The notes beneath the pieces were generated by a model. That model made no database searches. It saw only the letters and a list, made by a program, of their open reading frames with translations, and was not told the DNA's origin. DNA of 64,000 nucleotides, taken from the IMG/VR virus record IMGVR_UViG_3300019776_000324, positions 124,001-188,000 of that record; one strand, written 5' to 3'. This document shows positions 36,868-47,226 of this stretch, in pieces (the stretch's first letter is position 1; the number at the start of each line of letters is the position of its first letter). A program made the translations under genes and the position numbers.

Positions 36868-37122
36868 ATGCAAGTTAGCAAAATAACTGAAGTAACGATA
36901 TTTGAAAGTCCAGATGGTGGTCGTACTGTGTATGCTCGTCGCCCTGGTGAAAACGCTAGGAATCTGCACAGCCAAGATCCTGAACTACAACAACTTTCAA
37001 AGGATTTAGAAAACTCCAAACGCTGGGTAGAAATATTCCAAGCTCGACGAGACAATGCATCATTGGATCAATTGTGCGAACAAGTAGAAATACTTTACGA
37101 ATTATCAAAAGGATCTCAATGA
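36868..37122 (+). CDS. Hypothetical protein
   Basis: IFESPDGG.TVY.R; TAAATA at 36855-36860. Confidence 0.7.
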   Translation: MQVSKITEVTIFESPDGGRTVYARRPGENARNLHSQDPELQQLSKDLENSKRWVEIFQARRDNASLDQLCEQVEILYELSKGSQ

Positions 37123-37535
37123 GATTCGAGTGTTACACTACTTTTGATATTACAGCTACCGGTGTTGTAGGACACTTTAAAAGCAATAAAATGCCTTTTA
37201 AAGACCGTAACGGTAATGATATAAATGATGCTGAAAGCTGGAATCGTGCAAGAAATCAACAGAGAAATTGGGAAACATTAACTCAGTTAATATCTCTTAG
37301 AGCTCAAATTTTTGATTTAACAGATCCAGTTAAAGATAACAACCAGTGGAGTTTTGAGTTTGAAGTAGAAACAGCCGGTATATTTGGCCCAGACAATGAT
37401 CCAGTTGCAGTACTACGGGACGATGCTGACTGTATTCCAATGATTGATATTGCTCAAACACAATTATCACCAATTTTGATTACTAACGGACCAGACCAGA
37501 ATATATGGTTCAGTCAAAAAGTAATAAATAGTTGA
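37119..37535 (+). CDS. Hypothetical protein
   Basis: T.FDITATG, RNQQRNWET; probable start ATG 37119. Confidence 0.65.
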   Translation: MRFECYTTFDITATGVVGHFKSNKMPFKDRNGNDINDAESWNRARNQQRNWETLTQLISLRAQIFDLTDPVKDNNQWSFEFEVETAGIFGPDNDPVAVLRDDADCIPMIDIAQTQLSPILITNGPDQNIWFSQKVINS

Positions 37536-37548
37536 TAAGGAAACTATT

Positions 37549-37812
37549 ATGGTTGAAGCTACAGATATTGAAAAGAAAAGCCTTGAAGCGCATGTGGAAC
37601 TCTGCGCCGAACGCTACAATGCACTTGAAACTAAATTAGCTACATTAGATAGCAAAATAGGCAGTGTTGCTACAATGGTTAAAGAAGTCAAGGACTGTGT
37701 TAGCAAAATAACTGAAAAACAAAACGACCGCCTTATTGGATGGGGTGTTGCAATTATAGCTTCATTATGCGGTCTTTGTGGATGGCTTATTGCCCATTAT
37801 GTTTTTAAATGA
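37549..37812 (+). CDS. Coiled-coil protein with C-terminal transmembrane helix (XhlA/holin-like architecture)
   Basis: LEAHVELCAERY coil plus hydrophobic C-terminus; TAAATA 37525-30. Confidence 0.5.
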   Translation: MVEATDIEKKSLEAHVELCAERYNALETKLATLDSKIGSVATMVKEVKDCVSKITEKQNDRLIGWGVAIIASLCGLCGWLIAHYVFK

Positions 37813-38306
37813 ATTTTAATCACGAAGTCAATCGTCTATTTAGACAGGAATTTCCAGATCTTCTGCCCAATGCTATCTGGCGCAACGAAGATGGAAGTTA
37901 CGAAGTTTTTGGCCGCTATCGCATACTGCCAGAAAAAACAAAATATAGAGTCTACTGTTTAGCCACAGATGTGGGATTGTTTAACAGCACAAAAACAGCA
38001 CTTAGCTGGTGTATAGCTGACAAGCATCAAGCATATAATCTGGCTCGAGAACTGTTAGAAACTGATATTAAATTGGGCACACTAACCAATGATATTAACT
38101 CTAGAGCAAGTGTAGCTGATCGCAGTAAAAACTTTGAATTTCGCGATAATATCGGCACCAAGCTAGAAACTAAAATTATAAGAAAAAAACAATTAGAAAA
38201 TCAATTAGCCAAAAGTGTAAATTGGGCTAAATATATTCAACAACGAGGATTCAATAATGAAACTGCAAGAACTGGCCGCAATCAGCCCAACAAAACAAGC
38301 CGCTAA
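37809..38306 (+). CDS. Hypothetical protein
   Basis: 165-aa coupled ORF. Confidence 0.6.
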   Translation: MNFNHEVNRLFRQEFPDLLPNAIWRNEDGSYEVFGRYRILPEKTKYRVYCLATDVGLFNSTKTALSWCIADKHQAYNLARELLETDIKLGTLTNDINSRASVADRSKNFEFRDNIGTKLETKIIRKKQLENQLAKSVNWAKYIQQRGFNNETARTGRNQPNKTSR

Positions 38307-39156
38307 GGTTTTCGAAAGCTACTTTGGAAATAGTGTTAAATTTGACGCTATTACCTCTAGTCAAGCTACAAAACTTTTAAATCGTGTTCGTTCACTAGTG
38401 CGTGAACATCGCCGCACTCCTGCTTTCCATAAGAGCGAACAAGATCCTTCATATCTTAAATTGGTTATGCTAGAGCAAGCATTATCAGCTCGCGTTAGCG
38501 AAGATGCTGGCATTGCTGCTGGTGGAATTCAACCAACTGCTAATGTAGTAGGTACAGCTAATCCGCAACAGCAACAGGCAATGATGGCTGCTCAAGTTCA
38601 GCAAAAGAAGCGTCAAATTCAAGACGCTATCAGAGCTAAACAAAAAGAAATTCAAGACCTACAACAGCAGATGAATAATCCTACAATGACTGCAATGGAA
38701 AATCGTCGCATGCGTCGCAAGTTAAAAGAATCTGAAGTACAACAAGCTCAAGTAGTCTTGGCCTCGCAAGACATGGTTGATCAAGTACAGAAGATGTTAG
38801 AACAAGTTAGTGCTATGCAGTTCAAAGACTTGCCAGCATTAGTTGATCAAGTTAAAAATCAAATTGGTGTTGACCAAGCCATGCAATTTAATACAGACGC
38901 AAGTGCTGCATTAACAGGCATGATTCAAAATCTTCAAGCCAGTAAAGGTCAATTGGAACAAGCACTTGGTGTAGTAACTGGCCAAGCTCCTACAGTTCCA
39001 GGCGAAGATATGGCTACTGCACCTATGCCAGGCGAAGAACAAGTTGATGTTGATGCAGAACTTCCTGCTCCAGACGGCGGCGAAGAAGATATCGATGCAG
39101 AATTTGATTCTAACCTAGAGACCCCTAAAGCAAGTTTAGGCCGCGCTCGTCGTTAA
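38257..39156 (+). CDS. Coiled-coil putative prohead core/scaffold-like protein
   Basis: Gln-rich coils, acidic tail, xxE sites; TAAATA 38228-33. Confidence 0.45.
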   Translation: MKLQELAAISPTKQAAKVFESYFGNSVKFDAITSSQATKLLNRVRSLVREHRRTPAFHKSEQDPSYLKLVMLEQALSARVSEDAGIAAGGIQPTANVVGTANPQQQQAMMAAQVQQKKRQIQDAIRAKQKEIQDLQQQMNNPTMTAMENRRMRRKLKESEVQQAQVVLASQDMVDQVQKMLEQVSAMQFKDLPALVDQVKNQIGVDQAMQFNTDASAALTGMIQNLQASKGQLEQALGVVTGQAPTVPGEDMATAPMPGEEQVDVDAELPAPDGGEEDIDAEFDSNLETPKASLGRARR

Positions 39157-39158
39157 TA

Positions 39159-39494
39159 ATGCGTATTTTTGAAGTAGCAGATCCCAATGGACAGAAACTA
39201 ATGGCACTAAGCCAGTTTCTGTCTGGTCGCAGTGAAGACGAATCTGCAGAAAAACAAATTAGTCAGGATGCATTTATTGATTTGGCTAAAAGTTTAGGTG
39301 TTAATGTTACTCCTGATAATTTAGGAGATCTAATTGCCCGGCCTCCACTTAGCAATGTATTAGAACCACTAGATCCAAATTCTGGTGTTGTTCGTTTCAA
39401 AGGCGACACAGAAGCCTCTACCGGAATGAGTGTAGACCAAGCTCGTGCAGTAGTAGACTCAAACGCCAAAGCGGCAATGAAGCGCCGCTCTTAA
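39159..39494 (+). CDS. Hypothetical protein
   Basis: Starts MRIFE; 111 aa. Confidence 0.6.
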   Translation: MRIFEVADPNGQKLMALSQFLSGRSEDESAEKQISQDAFIDLAKSLGVNVTPDNLGDLIARPPLSNVLEPLDPNSGVVRFKGDTEASTGMSVDQARAVVDSNAKAAMKRRS

Positions 39495-39549
39495 TCAAAA
39501 CCGTTGTAAATAATCTAGCAGTGTGTTATAATATACAAAGGAGTATAGA

Positions 39550-39933
39550 ATGGCCTATTCAGAAAAAGTAATCGATCACTATGAAAATCCACGAAATGTG
39601 GGCAAGTTGGAAATAGACGACACTATAGGTACAGGTATGGTTGGTGCTCCTGCTTGTGGTGATGTAATGAAGCTACAAATCAAAGTCAAAGATGGAATTA
39701 TTACAGATGCGAAATTTAAAACATATGGCTGTGGGTCAGCGATCGCGAGTAGTTCGCTCGTTACGGAATGGGTCAAGGGTAAAACGCTGGAGCAAGCTGG
39801 ATCTATTAAGAATGTGCAGATTGCAGAGGAGCTCGCATTACCCCCGGTTAAGATCCATTGCAGTATCCTTGCGGAAGACGCTATTAAAGCCGCTATAGCA
39901 GACTATAGAGCCAAGCATGATAACTCTAACTGA
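39550..39933 (+). CDS. iscU: Fe-S cluster scaffold IscU
   Basis: MAYSEKVIDHYENPRNVG, APACGDVM, GCGSAIAS, LPPVKIHCS; TTGTAA-17-TATAAT upstream. Confidence 0.97.
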   Translation: MAYSEKVIDHYENPRNVGKLEIDDTIGTGMVGAPACGDVMKLQIKVKDGIITDAKFKTYGCGSAIASSSLVTEWVKGKTLEQAGSIKNVQIAEELALPPVKIHCSILAEDAIKAAIADYRAKHDNSN

Positions 39934-40237
39934 AAAAGCTATCAGTAAAATTGCACAAAACATTTCTAAGCGCGGACACGGCGTGGGCATTCGCGTTGGT
40001 GTTAGAACTACAGGTTGCTCAGGACTTGCTTATGTGTTAGAATATGTAGACAAGAGCGAAGAGTCTGACTTTGCTGCAAAGTTTAACACATTTGAAGTAT
40101 TCATAAGTCCCAAAGACGCTCCGTACCTAGACGGCCTAACTGTTGACTATGTGCGCCAAGGCCTAAATGAAGGCTTTGAATTTATTAATCCTAACGAAAA
40201 AGACCGCTGTGGATGCGGAGAAAGTTTTAGAGTTTGA
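39917..40237 (+). CDS. iscA: A-type Fe-S carrier IscA
   Basis: TTGCSGLAY, F.NPN, CGCGESF. Confidence 0.95.
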   Translation: MITLTEKAISKIAQNISKRGHGVGIRVGVRTTGCSGLAYVLEYVDKSEESDFAAKFNTFEVFISPKDAPYLDGLTVDYVRQGLNEGFEFINPNEKDRCGCGESFRV

Positions 40238-40413
40238 AAGAGATTTATAAACCTACTGGCGAAGTTTATTGTTTTGTAAGTGTAGAACACGGCTTGTTAA
40301 AAATAAAACTAAACGACGGGCCCGGTAAAGGATATTCAGTCCAGTTAGATGAAAAGATAATTCCACAACTTAAACAAGCATTAATCGAAGCAGAATTCTT
40401 TAAAACTTTATGA
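40234..40413 (+). CDS. 59-aa hypothetical protein (TTG start)
   Basis: Fills the iscA-deaminase gap with TTGA/ATGA overlaps at both ends. Confidence 0.55.
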   Translation: MKEIYKPTGEVYCFVSVEHGLLKIKLNDGPGKGYSVQLDEKIIPQLKQALIEAEFFKTL

Positions 40414-40829
40414 AACAAAAATTAAAACTAGCATACATGCAAACGGCAAAAATATTTGCTGAACTCTCTCATGCTCGCAGACTGCATGTTGGTGCTATTA
40501 TTGTAAAAGAAGATCGTATTATTAGTATTGGCTACAACGGTATGCCTGCAGGTTGGGACAACAACTGCGAAGATACTGTCAACAACGAATTAAAAACAAA
40601 ACCAGAGGTATTACATGCTGAAACGAATGCTATTGCAAAACTGGCGAGAAGTAGTGACAGCGGCTTGGGCGCTGACTTGTTTGTCACTCATAGTCCTTGC
40701 TTGGACTGCGCCAAACTCATCTATCAATCTGGTATTAAGCGTGTTTGGTATGGCGCTGAATATCGTAGTAGCGATGGACCTGATTTCCTTAGAAAATCTG
40801 GAATAGAGGTAGAACAACTTGACATATAA
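40410..40829 (+). CDS. dCMP deaminase
   Basis: GYNG.P.G, HAE.NAI, SPC..C. Confidence 0.92.
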   Translation: MKQKLKLAYMQTAKIFAELSHARRLHVGAIIVKEDRIISIGYNGMPAGWDNNCEDTVNNELKTKPEVLHAETNAIAKLARSSDSGLGADLFVTHSPCLDCAKLIYQSGIKRVWYGAEYRSSDGPDFLRKSGIEVEQLDI

Positions 40830-41535
40830 TCCTAAATTTAACTATCACGAATTAAGTCGTACCAGCGAAGAAGGCAAGCGTTTATACTCTACCCCAGATG
40901 GTAGCAAGGTGCCAAGTGTTACTACTATCTTAGATAAAACTAAACCAGCAGAATCAAAAGCTGCTTTAGAACAATGGCGTAAAAATGTAGGGCATGCCAA
41001 GGCACAACAAATTACCACAGAAGCTGCCAACCGTGGAACCCGCATGCACACTTACTTGGAACACTATGTTAAAACAGGTGAACTAAAAGATCGGGGAACA
41101 AATCCATTTGGTTGGGCAAGTCATGCCATGGCCAATACTGTTATTGAAGCCGGACTATGTAATGTTGATGAGTTCTGGGGAGTAGAGATTCCTTTATATT
41201 TCCCTAAACTATATGCTGGAACAACAGACTGCTGTGGCATACACACAGGCGACGAAAGTATTCTAGACTTTAAACAAACCAACAAGCCCAAGAAGCAGGA
41301 GTGGATTACAGACTACTACTTACAACTAGTAGCTTATGCTCTAGCACACAACGAAGTATACGGAACAAACATACGCAAAGGTGTGGTATTAATGTGTGTT
41401 AAGCCCAATACAGATGACATGGGCAACCTACTTACACAGCCGGTATATCAAGAATTTACCCTAGAATCCAAGGACTTTGACTACTGGGCAGACCAGTGGT
41501 GGCGCCGTTTAGAGCTTTACTACCTTCAAGCCTAA
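40819..41535 (+). CDS. PD-(D/E)XK exonuclease
   Basis: PSVTTIL, RGT.MH, AGTTD, DFKQ, QL.AYA. Confidence 0.85.
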   Translation: MTYNPKFNYHELSRTSEEGKRLYSTPDGSKVPSVTTILDKTKPAESKAALEQWRKNVGHAKAQQITTEAANRGTRMHTYLEHYVKTGELKDRGTNPFGWASHAMANTVIEAGLCNVDEFWGVEIPLYFPKLYAGTTDCCGIHTGDESILDFKQTNKPKKQEWITDYYLQLVAYALAHNEVYGTNIRKGVVLMCVKPNTDDMGNLLTQPVYQEFTLESKDFDYWADQWWRRLELYYLQA

Positions 41536-41571
41536 TCCAGCTAAATACTGGATAGAATTTAAGGACTAAAA

Positions 41572-43146
41572 GTGGCCATTGTACAGATCTCGCAAATTAC
41601 TAACCGTAAAGGGTTAGCCATTGATTTACCACAGTTAGCTGGTGCAGAATTAGGCTGGTCTACGGACACACGCCAGTTATGGATCGGTAACGGCACACTG
41701 GAAGACGGTGCTCCGGTTATTGGAAACACTGAAATTTTAACAGAATTTAGTGACATTGTTAATATTGCTGCAATATACACCTACAAAGGTCAAGCAGCGG
41801 GTTATACAGTTCAAACAGGTCCAACATCTGGTACTCCTGTAGTACAAAGTTTACAGTCATGGCTGGACCAATACGCTACAGTTAAAGACTTTGGCGCAGT
41901 AGGCGATGGTATCACTGATGATACAGCAGCAATTAATCGCGCACTATATCAATTATTCTGCAGAGAGTCAAATCCACAAATTCGTCGCAGTTTATTTTTC
42001 CCAGCTGGCGTATATCTAGTTAGTGGCACAATTAATATTCCTCCATATGCTACGCTCTACGGCGAAGGTGCAGATAATTCTGTAATTACTTTAGTTGACG
42101 ACAGCGGAAGCATTCGTTATGTTGCACAAACAGCAGATAGTTTACAGCAGGTTGGTCTAAACATTGGTAGTAATGGTGCAACACCTCCTGAGTATATTAC
42201 AATTAGTAATCTTGGATTCAGCAGTTTAGATCCATTATCAAATCCTTTCTATGTTAACGATGCTACTAATTGCCGTTTTCAAAATGTAGGATTCTACGGG
42301 CCGTTAACTGAATCACAGTTAACCACAGAAGCAAACAACACTGTCGGTGTTAACTTTGGAAGCACTGCAAGTTTAGTTACTTCACAAATAGTGTTTGACG
42401 GTTGCGTGTTTAATGGCACAGTTTGGGGTGTTAATACTAGTCAACAAATTCAAGGAGTTACAATTTGTAATTCCAACTTTGATACTTTATACAATGGAGT
42501 ATTGTTAGGAACCAGCACACCAGTACTTGGTGGCCCAACTGGTGTAAGGATTGTTAGCAATACATTCAACAATATCTATGCTGAAGGTATTATTTTTGGT
42601 GATGTCAGTTTGAATGCATCCGGTCATAATATTTTTTATGATGTAGGCAATCACTTTACAGGAAGCACAGGCACACCAGCAACAGCCGTTATTAGTATAC
42701 AGAGTGCAAACAATTTAAGCATTAGCGATCTGTTTCAACGCACCGCTAGTTTTTCAACTGTATTTCCTAGAGTTGACCTAAACGATTTACCAAGTATTGC
42801 TACTACTAACGGTAGCGAACTAGCATTAGGAACTTATGTTCGTGAGTCTGGCTACGCAGTTACTTTAATCAACGACACAACCGATGACTTGTTTACAGTT
42901 AATGCTAATTTAGTAAAAGCATTCAAGGTAGATTACACTATTGTTCGAGATACTGATTATCGAACTGGTACTATTGTTGTAGCTACAGCTACTCCGCTGA
43001 CATTTGGCGATGAGTATACAGAAAATAACAGCACAGGAGTTACTCTTGATGTTGCACAGGTTGGATCAACTGTTACTGTAAGTTACACCACTACTGACAC
43101 TGGTGTTCCAGGAACCATACATTATTCTATTACTCATTTAGCTTAA
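41572..43146 (+). CDS. Tail fibre/spike-like protein with pectate-lyase-3-type beta-helix
   Basis: LPQLAGAELGW..D...LWIG N-terminus; VKDFGAVGDG.TDDTAAI, LFFPAG.Y; TAAATA 41542-47. Confidence 0.7.
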   Translation: MAIVQISQITNRKGLAIDLPQLAGAELGWSTDTRQLWIGNGTLEDGAPVIGNTEILTEFSDIVNIAAIYTYKGQAAGYTVQTGPTSGTPVVQSLQSWLDQYATVKDFGAVGDGITDDTAAINRALYQLFCRESNPQIRRSLFFPAGVYLVSGTINIPPYATLYGEGADNSVITLVDDSGSIRYVAQTADSLQQVGLNIGSNGATPPEYITISNLGFSSLDPLSNPFYVNDATNCRFQNVGFYGPLTESQLTTEANNTVGVNFGSTASLVTSQIVFDGCVFNGTVWGVNTSQQIQGVTICNSNFDTLYNGVLLGTSTPVLGGPTGVRIVSNTFNNIYAEGIIFGDVSLNASGHNIFYDVGNHFTGSTGTPATAVISIQSANNLSISDLFQRTASFSTVFPRVDLNDLPSIATTNGSELALGTYVRESGYAVTLINDTTDDLFTVNANLVKAFKVDYTIVRDTDYRTGTIVVATATPLTFGDEYTENNSTGVTLDVAQVGSTVTVSYTTTDTGVPGTIHYSITHLA

Positions 43147-43559
43147 TGTGGTTACCTTCATTTGATAGCAGGCTCGCTAGCTGGAATCAGCTACGAGCAG
43201 ATGCCCAAACTCTTCCTTTAGAATCAGCACTACTTAAAATTAATCAATGGTGGTTTGACTCACCTTGGCGCCCGTACTACTTGCACTGGGATGATCAACC
43301 CATTTGGCCAGATCCTTGGCAACTTTTGAGCGATAATGTCTATTGTGATCTTGCAAGAGCACTAGGAATCCTCTATACTATAAGTTTAGTCGACCGTAAG
43401 GATATGGCGCCTGCAACCTTGATTTTAACTGAAGATGGCAGTAATTTAGTCCAGGTCGCAAAAGAAAAATATATACTTAATTGGAACCCAGGTAGCATCG
43501 TAAATACCTTCCAAGAAGTAAAAATCAAGAAGAAGTACCAGTCGCACCCTATCGTATAG
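43146..43559 (+). CDS. Hypothetical protein, possibly transglutaminase-like Cys-protease fold
   Basis: WPDPWQLL.DN.YC pattern; catalytic His not evident. Confidence 0.4.
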   Translation: MWLPSFDSRLASWNQLRADAQTLPLESALLKINQWWFDSPWRPYYLHWDDQPIWPDPWQLLSDNVYCDLARALGILYTISLVDRKDMAPATLILTEDGSNLVQVAKEKYILNWNPGSIVNTFQEVKIKKKYQSHPIV

Positions 43560-43595
43560 CAGTACAAAGTAAAATTAAAACAAATAGAGAGTTAA

Positions 43596-45923
43596 ATGAC
43601 GCAAATTACAGTAGTTAAAAGAAGCGGATTAAAAGAGCCACTACATATTGAAAAGTGGCAAGCCCAAGTGGCTAAAGTCTGCCAGGGAATTGCAGATGTC
43701 AGTCAATCAATGATTGAGATAAAAGCACAATTACATTTTTATGATGGAATCACTACACAAGAGATCGATGGAATTACGCTAAGAGCAATCGTTGATCTCA
43801 TTGATATTGAAAGTAATCCAGATGTGGGTCATACCAACTATCAATATGTGGCAGGCAAGCAAAGACTTAGCATGTTGCGTAAAGATGTATATGGAACTTA
43901 TGATCCTCCACACCTGTATGAAATTGTTAAAAAGAATGTAGCCACAGGTTTATATACGCCAGAACTTCTTCAATGGTACACAGAAGAAGATTGGAATCGT
44001 ATGAATGATATGCTCGACCATGAGAAAGACGAAGGTTATTCTTATGCGGCCATTGAACAATTAATTGAAAAATATTTGGTGCGCAATCGTGCCACTAAGG
44101 AAATATATGAAACCCCACAAGTTCGCTACATGGTTGCAGCAGCAACTGTGTTCCATAAAGAAGAGCCTAACTCAGCTCGCATGCGATATATCAAAGAATA
44201 TTACAATGCTGCTAGTGACGGTCTTTTCACTCTCGCTACTCCTGTACTTGCTGGTCTGGGTACCCCTACAAAACAATTTTCGTCCTGTGTACTCATTCGT
44301 AGCGATGATGATCTTGATAGTATATTTGCTAGTGGAGAGATGATGGCCAAGTATGCTAGCAAACGAGCTGGCATTGGTTTAGAGATTGGACGCTTGCGTA
44401 GTCTAGGCAGTCCTATCCGTGGCGGAGAGATTATGCACACAGGTATGATTCCATTCCTTAAAAAATGGTTTGGTGATTTGCGTAGTTGTAGTCAAGGAGG
44501 AATTCGTAATGCTAGTGCTACAGTTTTTTATCCTATCTGGCATCATCAGTTTGATGATCTTATCGTTCTCAAAAATAATCAAGGAACTGAAGAAACTCGA
44601 GTCCGCTTCATGGACTACGGAGTTGTCTTATCCGCTTTTTTCTGGCGTCGCTTTAAGAACAAAGAGAATATTACATTCTTTGATCCTAACGAAGTACCAG
44701 AGTTGTATGAGGCTTTTTACAAAGATACAAAACTATTTGAAGAGCTTTATGTAAAATACGAAAAGCGTAAAGACTTGCGTACAAAAACAATGGCCGCAGA
44801 GGATGTATTCAAAGGTGGCATACTAAAAGAACGCACAGACACTGGCCGTATCTATTTGGTGTTTATTGACAATGTACAAAATCAAGGACCATTTGATCCA
44901 GAGTATCACACAATCTATCAAAGTAATTTGTGCTGTGAAATTTTGTTGCCTACCAAACCATTTAAACGATTAGATGACGAAGAAGGTCGTATTGCCTTAT
45001 GTACACTAGGCAGTATCAACTGGGGTGCTTTCCGTAACCCAGAAGACATGCGTCGTGCTTGCCGTATCCTACAGCGTAGTCTATGTAATATCCTTGACTA
45101 TCAAGACTTTTTAAGTATTCAAAGTCAGTTAAGCAACAATGAAATTCAACCCTTAGGCATTGGCATTACTAACTTGGCCTACTGGCATGCCAAGCGTGGC
45201 CTACAATACGGCGAGAAAGACAGTCTACAAGAAGTTAAGTCATGGATGGAACATCAAGCATACTATCTCACAGAAGCCACAGTAGAGTTGGCCAAAGAGC
45301 GTGGTCCTTGCTTGCACAGTGACAAGACACGCTATGGACAAGGTACATTCCCGTGGGAGCTTCGTGCCAGTGCTGTAAATGAATTAGCCGACTTTACTCC
45401 AGAATTAGATTGGGAAGCATTGAGAACCAATATGAAACAGTACGGCGTTCGTAATGCTACCTTGATGGCTATTGCTCCAGTTGAAAGTAGTAGTGTTGTT
45501 ATTAACAGTACCAACGGCATCGAAATGCCAATGAGTTTGATTACTGTTAAAGAATCAAAAGCAGGTAGCTTGATTCAAGTGGCACCTGAGTACAACAAAC
45601 TAAAGAACAAGTATCAACTCATGTGGGCACAAAAAGATTGCGCCAACTATCTAAAGACAGCAAGCGTATTGGCTGCGTATGTGGATCAAAGTATTAGTAC
45701 AAACACATTCTACAATCCAGCACACTTTGGCGATAGAAAAGTTCCAACTACATTAATTGCTAAAAACTTAATGCAGGCACATCGTTGGGGCTTAAAGACA
45801 TTCTACTACAGTTTGATTAACAAGCAAGGTAGTAAAGGACAAGACGACCCGGTTGCAGAAGCTGGCAAGTTAGAAGTAATAGATTTTGATGATCAAGAAG
45901 ATTGCGAAAGTTGCAAATTATGA
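43596..45923 (+). CDS. nrdA: Ribonucleotide reductase class Ia alpha subunit
   Basis: ATP cone VVKRSG, FSSC, SNLCCEI, KTFYY, C-terminal CESC. Confidence 0.97.
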   Translation: MTQITVVKRSGLKEPLHIEKWQAQVAKVCQGIADVSQSMIEIKAQLHFYDGITTQEIDGITLRAIVDLIDIESNPDVGHTNYQYVAGKQRLSMLRKDVYGTYDPPHLYEIVKKNVATGLYTPELLQWYTEEDWNRMNDMLDHEKDEGYSYAAIEQLIEKYLVRNRATKEIYETPQVRYMVAAATVFHKEEPNSARMRYIKEYYNAASDGLFTLATPVLAGLGTPTKQFSSCVLIRSDDDLDSIFASGEMMAKYASKRAGIGLEIGRLRSLGSPIRGGEIMHTGMIPFLKKWFGDLRSCSQGGIRNASATVFYPIWHHQFDDLIVLKNNQGTEETRVRFMDYGVVLSAFFWRRFKNKENITFFDPNEVPELYEAFYKDTKLFEELYVKYEKRKDLRTKTMAAEDVFKGGILKERTDTGRIYLVFIDNVQNQGPFDPEYHTIYQSNLCCEILLPTKPFKRLDDEEGRIALCTLGSINWGAFRNPEDMRRACRILQRSLCNILDYQDFLSIQSQLSNNEIQPLGIGITNLAYWHAKRGLQYGEKDSLQEVKSWMEHQAYYLTEATVELAKERGPCLHSDKTRYGQGTFPWELRASAVNELADFTPELDWEALRTNMKQYGVRNATLMAIAPVESSSVVINSTNGIEMPMSLITVKESKAGSLIQVAPEYNKLKNKYQLMWAQKDCANYLKTASVLAAYVDQSISTNTFYNPAHFGDRKVPTTLIAKNLMQAHRWGLKTFYYSLINKQGSKGQDDPVAEAGKLEVIDFDDQEDCESCKL

Positions 45924-47020
45924 GTAAAGAACAATATAACCTAAGTACAAAAACAGACTACCTGCATCGCAAGATGTTCTTGGATCCAGCTGGCCCTGTT
46001 ACCATTCAACGATTCGAAGAAGTAAAGTATAACAAGCTGACCAAGTTTGAAGCAGAAGCTCGTGGATTCTTTTGGGTACCTGAAGAAGTGTCACTGACCA
46101 AGGATGCCAATGACTTTAAAGAAGCCAGCGACACAGTTCGTCATATCTTCACAAGTAACTTGCTACGACAAACAGCCTTAGACAGTTTACAAGGTCGTGG
46201 TCCTACACAAGTGTTCACCCCTGTATGTTCAATCCCTGAACTTGAATCATTGATGTTTAATTGGGGATTCTTTGAAACCAACATTCATAGTCGTAGTTAC
46301 AGTCACATCATTCGTAACATTTACAATGTGCCTAAAGATGCGTTCAACACCATTCATGACACTAAAGAAATTGTTGAAATGGCCTCAAGTGTAGGCAACT
46401 ACTACGAAGCATTACATATTGTAAACTGTAAAAAAGAACTAGGCGAAACTGTTACTGAAAAAGAACACATCCGTGCTATCTGGTTAGCTCTACATGCAAG
46501 TTACGCATTGGAGGCATTCCGCTTCATGGTAAGTTTTGCTACAAGTTTAGCAATGGTAGAGAATCGTATCTTTATTGGCAACGGCAATATCATCAGTCTA
46601 ATCTTACAAGACGAAATCTTACACAAGGATTGGACAGCTTGGTTGATCAATCAAGTATGCAAAGAAGATCCACGCTTTGCTGAAGCCAAAGCAGAATGCG
46701 AAGCAGAAGTGTACGCATTGTACATGGATGTTATCCGTGAAGAGAAAGCCTGGGCTGACTATTTGTTTAACAAAGGTCCTGTGATTGGTCTCAATGCTAA
46801 CATTCTCAAAGACTTTGTTGACTATACAGCAGTAGGCGCACTTAAGGAAATTGGAATCAAATACCAAACTCCAGCACCAAAAACTACACCTATTCCGTGG
46901 TTCAATAAACATGTCAATGTGTCGAACAAACAAACTGCACTCCAGGAGTCAGAATCGACTAACTATGTTATTGGAGTCATGTCTGATTCATTGGACTATG
47001 ACGAATTACCAAATTTATAA
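45920..47020 (+). CDS. nrdB: Ribonucleotide reductase class Ia beta subunit
   Basis: FFWVPEE, ETNIHSRSY, EAFRF, DEILH, QESE...Y. Confidence 0.96.
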   Translation: MSKEQYNLSTKTDYLHRKMFLDPAGPVTIQRFEEVKYNKLTKFEAEARGFFWVPEEVSLTKDANDFKEASDTVRHIFTSNLLRQTALDSLQGRGPTQVFTPVCSIPELESLMFNWGFFETNIHSRSYSHIIRNIYNVPKDAFNTIHDTKEIVEMASSVGNYYEALHIVNCKKELGETVTEKEHIRAIWLALHASYALEAFRFMVSFATSLAMVENRIFIGNGNIISLILQDEILHKDWTAWLINQVCKEDPRFAEAKAECEAEVYALYMDVIREEKAWADYLFNKGPVIGLNANILKDFVDYTAVGALKEIGIKYQTPAPKTTPIPWFNKHVNVSNKQTALQESESTNYVIGVMSDSLDYDELPNL

Positions 47021-47022
47021 AA

Positions 47023-47226
47023 ATGTCTATGATTATAAAGTTAATTGATACCATCTGGCCAATTGTTCGAGCACCCAAGAACGGAGATCGTGTAACCGAT
47101 TCGCTTAGATACGGTACTGTAGTAGCCATTAGTGATTACGACTATACTACAGTGCAATGGGACAATGATAATGAAGTAGTACATTTAACCAAAGAGTTAA
47201 AGATAATTAGAAAAGGAAAAATATGA
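47023..47226 (+). CDS. Small hypothetical protein
   Basis: 67 aa; GDRV...GTVV...VQWD, SH3/KOW-like. Confidence 0.55.
   Translation: MSMIIKLIDTIWPIVRAPKNGDRVTDSLRYGTVVAISDYDYTTVQWDNDNEVVHLTKELKIIRKGKI

Noticed and set aside
40819-41535. Cas4/CRISPR association of the PD-(D/E)XK nuclease
   Set aside because: No Cas4-type four-Cys arrangement and no cas genes or array; this is a common stand-alone phage exonuclease.
6685-47020. Inteins or introns in terminase, UvsX, helicases or RNR
   Set aside because: All have ordinary lengths with contiguous motifs and no splice-junction signatures.
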